A stretch of DNA of 64,000 nucleotides, taken from positions 20,398,001-20,462,000 of the forward strand of contig JBHGNT010000006.1 in the NCBI GenBank assembly GCA_043228905.1. Reading direction: 5' to 3'. The stretch comes from Azolla caroliniana (taxonomy: Eukaryota; Plantae; Polypodiophyta). A program made the position numbers and the translations under genes. Shown in pieces: positions 61,495 to 64,000 of the stretch; the first letter of the stretch is position 1; each line of letters opens with the position of its first letter. The notes below the pieces were generated by a model. The model was not told the origin of the DNA. It worked only from the letters and a program-made list of their open reading frames with translations, and ran no database searches.

Positions 61495-64000
61495 TAGGTT
61501 CTTAATTTTTGTTCACAATGAGACTGCTCACTCTTTTGCAACCTTCATGTCAGGTTCCATTATCAACAAGTTTCACTTGGACAAAAAAAAAACCATATAC
61601 ATATAGTTTCATGACTGGAATAACATTGAGAAACATGTGATGAAGCTCATTTTTTCCCTGTGGAATGTAAATATATCAGTTTGGCTCAACATCCAAGCTC
61701 TCCTGAGATGGCCAGCCTGCCAAAACTAGCTGATTGCCTAGTTTTTCCACACTTTGTGAAACCTTCTGATGAATATTTTTGGAGAAGCTCTCTACATTCA
61801 TACCCCTTTACTTGTTGCTTTTATACCACTTGTCAACTTCCCCTTGACAAGTTTCTCTAATTCCTCATTTAGTTTGAGTAGTTGTTGTGCCATTGTAGAA
61901 AGTGAAACTAAAGGAGATCCTAGAGTTGGTGATTAGCAAACCCCTCCCATACTCACAAGGGTTTGATGGACTTCACCAACAACACACTTGACAACATGAT
62001 GGAGTGGATTTTGGATATGAACCATAGCTAGTGAATGACCCAACAAGCATGATGTCCAATTTGAGGCAGAGCCTCCCTTGTAATATTGCTCAACCCTTTG
62101 TTGGTGGGATTTGCATATGACTCTATGCCATATCAACCTACATTAGCATAGGAGGTGTAGTTGTACCCATTGATGTTGCAATATGCACAATTGAATTGCT
62201 TGTCAGCATTGGGCTAGTGGGAGGATCAAATTCCCAATGGTTTTTTTAAGGGCAAATGGAAGGATTTGTTAGTTTTTGTGGAGAGAAATGAGAAAATGGA
62301 TTGGCAATATGTACCCCAGTGATGGTTGTTTCCTCCATAGGTGGAGGTTGGTGTCAAGTATGACATAATGGGGGATATCTTACCCGCCACTACATTATAT
62401 TATTATATGTCTTGTATATGCTTTTTGGATTGGTAATGGAAACTATGGTGTAGTTTAAATTATTTTTTAAAAGAAATGGTTTCTTTAAGGGAAATCATTC
62501 TATAGCCTTTAGTTTTAACAACCGTATAAGCTTTGATATTTATCATCTAGAATATTGGTCATAATCCAAATGTATACATCGTAATTTATTGGGAACTACT
62601 TACTATTAGGTAGGAATGTTTAATGGCCAATAGGATTGTAATGTGTATGTGAAAGGGACCTTTAGTATTTCCAACTTGTTTAAAAGGGCAAGAGCTCTCA
62701 TGAAAAAAGGGTACTTGGGTGCCCAAACTTTAAAGTTACCTTTTGGTTCTCGTTAACTCCCATTTACATCCATTAAGAGGCACTTACATCAATGTAGCTT
62801 TTCCACTTTAATTATTTGAGATATATGTGTTTATTATTTAGCAATTATCTATTTAATCGAGACAAATCGTATGTTTCTTATGTCACGATTATCTATTTAA
62901 TTAAAACAAACATATTTATTAATTAGTATAGTGATTATGTGTGTGTTAATTTTAGATTATGTTAACAAGTCATGATGGCTTTCATGATTACATGGAGTGG
63001 ATAGGTAAGTGATTTCATGTGTTGATGTATTACGTGGTCTTTGCCATTGGGTAGTGGCATCCCCTAATCCCTCAACTAGCCCACTGCAAGGAAGGCAACT
63101 CCTCAAGACTCGGTAGTGATCTATGGAAGTGCAACATTCCAAGGTATGAGATATGTCGACCCCTTTAGGGAATTCTTCATCTTCTTTGTCGAAGCATAAA
63201 TTGTTTGCAAATGAAAACTTATAGTAAGCAAAACAATTTTTGCTCTAATAAAACTTACAGATAAAGAGGCAGGAAATGGTTATAAATCCCATAAATTACG
63301 ATAGGTTTTCGACCAATTAAACCATATTATACAATATTTGAAGCCCGTTATAAATGATGAAAGGAAATTGAGGCTACATATAGTTGGGAGGACATCTTGG
63401 AATTGGCTTGGTGAGTTAGACTACAATCGATGACACATCATCTTGGTCATTGTAGGCCTCCCATGTATCCTCGTGATTCATTAGCTCACGACAACTCATT
63501 TTGTCATTGAAGCCTTGCCATTCAATTCCCCAAAATTACAAACCCAATAGCCATCTACTCTCCTTGTTTTATAGCTTTCAAGAGATATCTCATTGGATAA
63601 AAGTAGAACCCTCTCTTCTTGGCATTCACCGAATCACCACTACTCTTGAGTCCTAACATTGGAAAAAGACTTAACCAGTCACATTTAATGTATGCTTTGT
63701 CATCATCACTTATACATACATAATACTTTTATCTTTTCATTTAATCACCTTAAAAACTTTGAATCCATTACCCCTTTGTTGGTAATGGTTTGTAATAATA
63801 TTGTTCTTTTCTCTTTGCTCTTTATTCTAGTGATCACTTCAACCAAAATCTTGAGCCTTTAATGTTCAACTTGCCTCATCTAGTGACCACTTCTTAGCTC
63901 ACAATATCATGATGTGGTGTGTATAAAGTGAAAAGCGTGTAAAAAGCCTAACTTTTATTAAGAACTCATAGATAAAAAAAAGTGAAGAGATCAAGATTAA

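Noticed and set aside
61600-63700. Possible decayed hAT transposase pieces (C..C and YKGG motifs)
   Set aside because: Too degenerate to support without a profile search.

Overview
Eukaryotic nuclear DNA from a land plant, most likely a fern (inferred from the P-L-S PPR motif style, intron-rich genes and GA/CT microsatellites). Five spliced genes can be rebuilt by hand with in-frame exon chains: plastid-type IF3 (+), a QWRF/AUGMIN8-family gene (-), the K+ channel beta subunit KAB1 (-), an At2g24100/ASG1-like gene (-) and the PSII core phosphatase PBCP (-). Two tandem PLS-E PPR ORFs (+) lack a DYW domain. Between the genes are a chromovirus 3' end with its LTR, a decayed gag, two L1 families, an RTE-X/L2-like LINE family, a Sola-like DDD transposase, a hAT MITE family, LTR copies, a tRNA-like SINE head and several minisatellites. 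The most unusual observations are: (1) two same-orientation LTRs whose 5-bp flanks are reciprocally reverse-complementary, suggesting a crossed double integration that inverted 819 bp; (2) LINE copies from two families ending in poly(G) where their sister copies end in A-rich tails; (3) an OSB-type PDF-motif-like exon upstream of the PPR pair; (4) a frameshifted, four-fold amplified PG-box; (5) two consecutive GC-AG introns in PBCP. All family names come from remembered motifs; no search was run.
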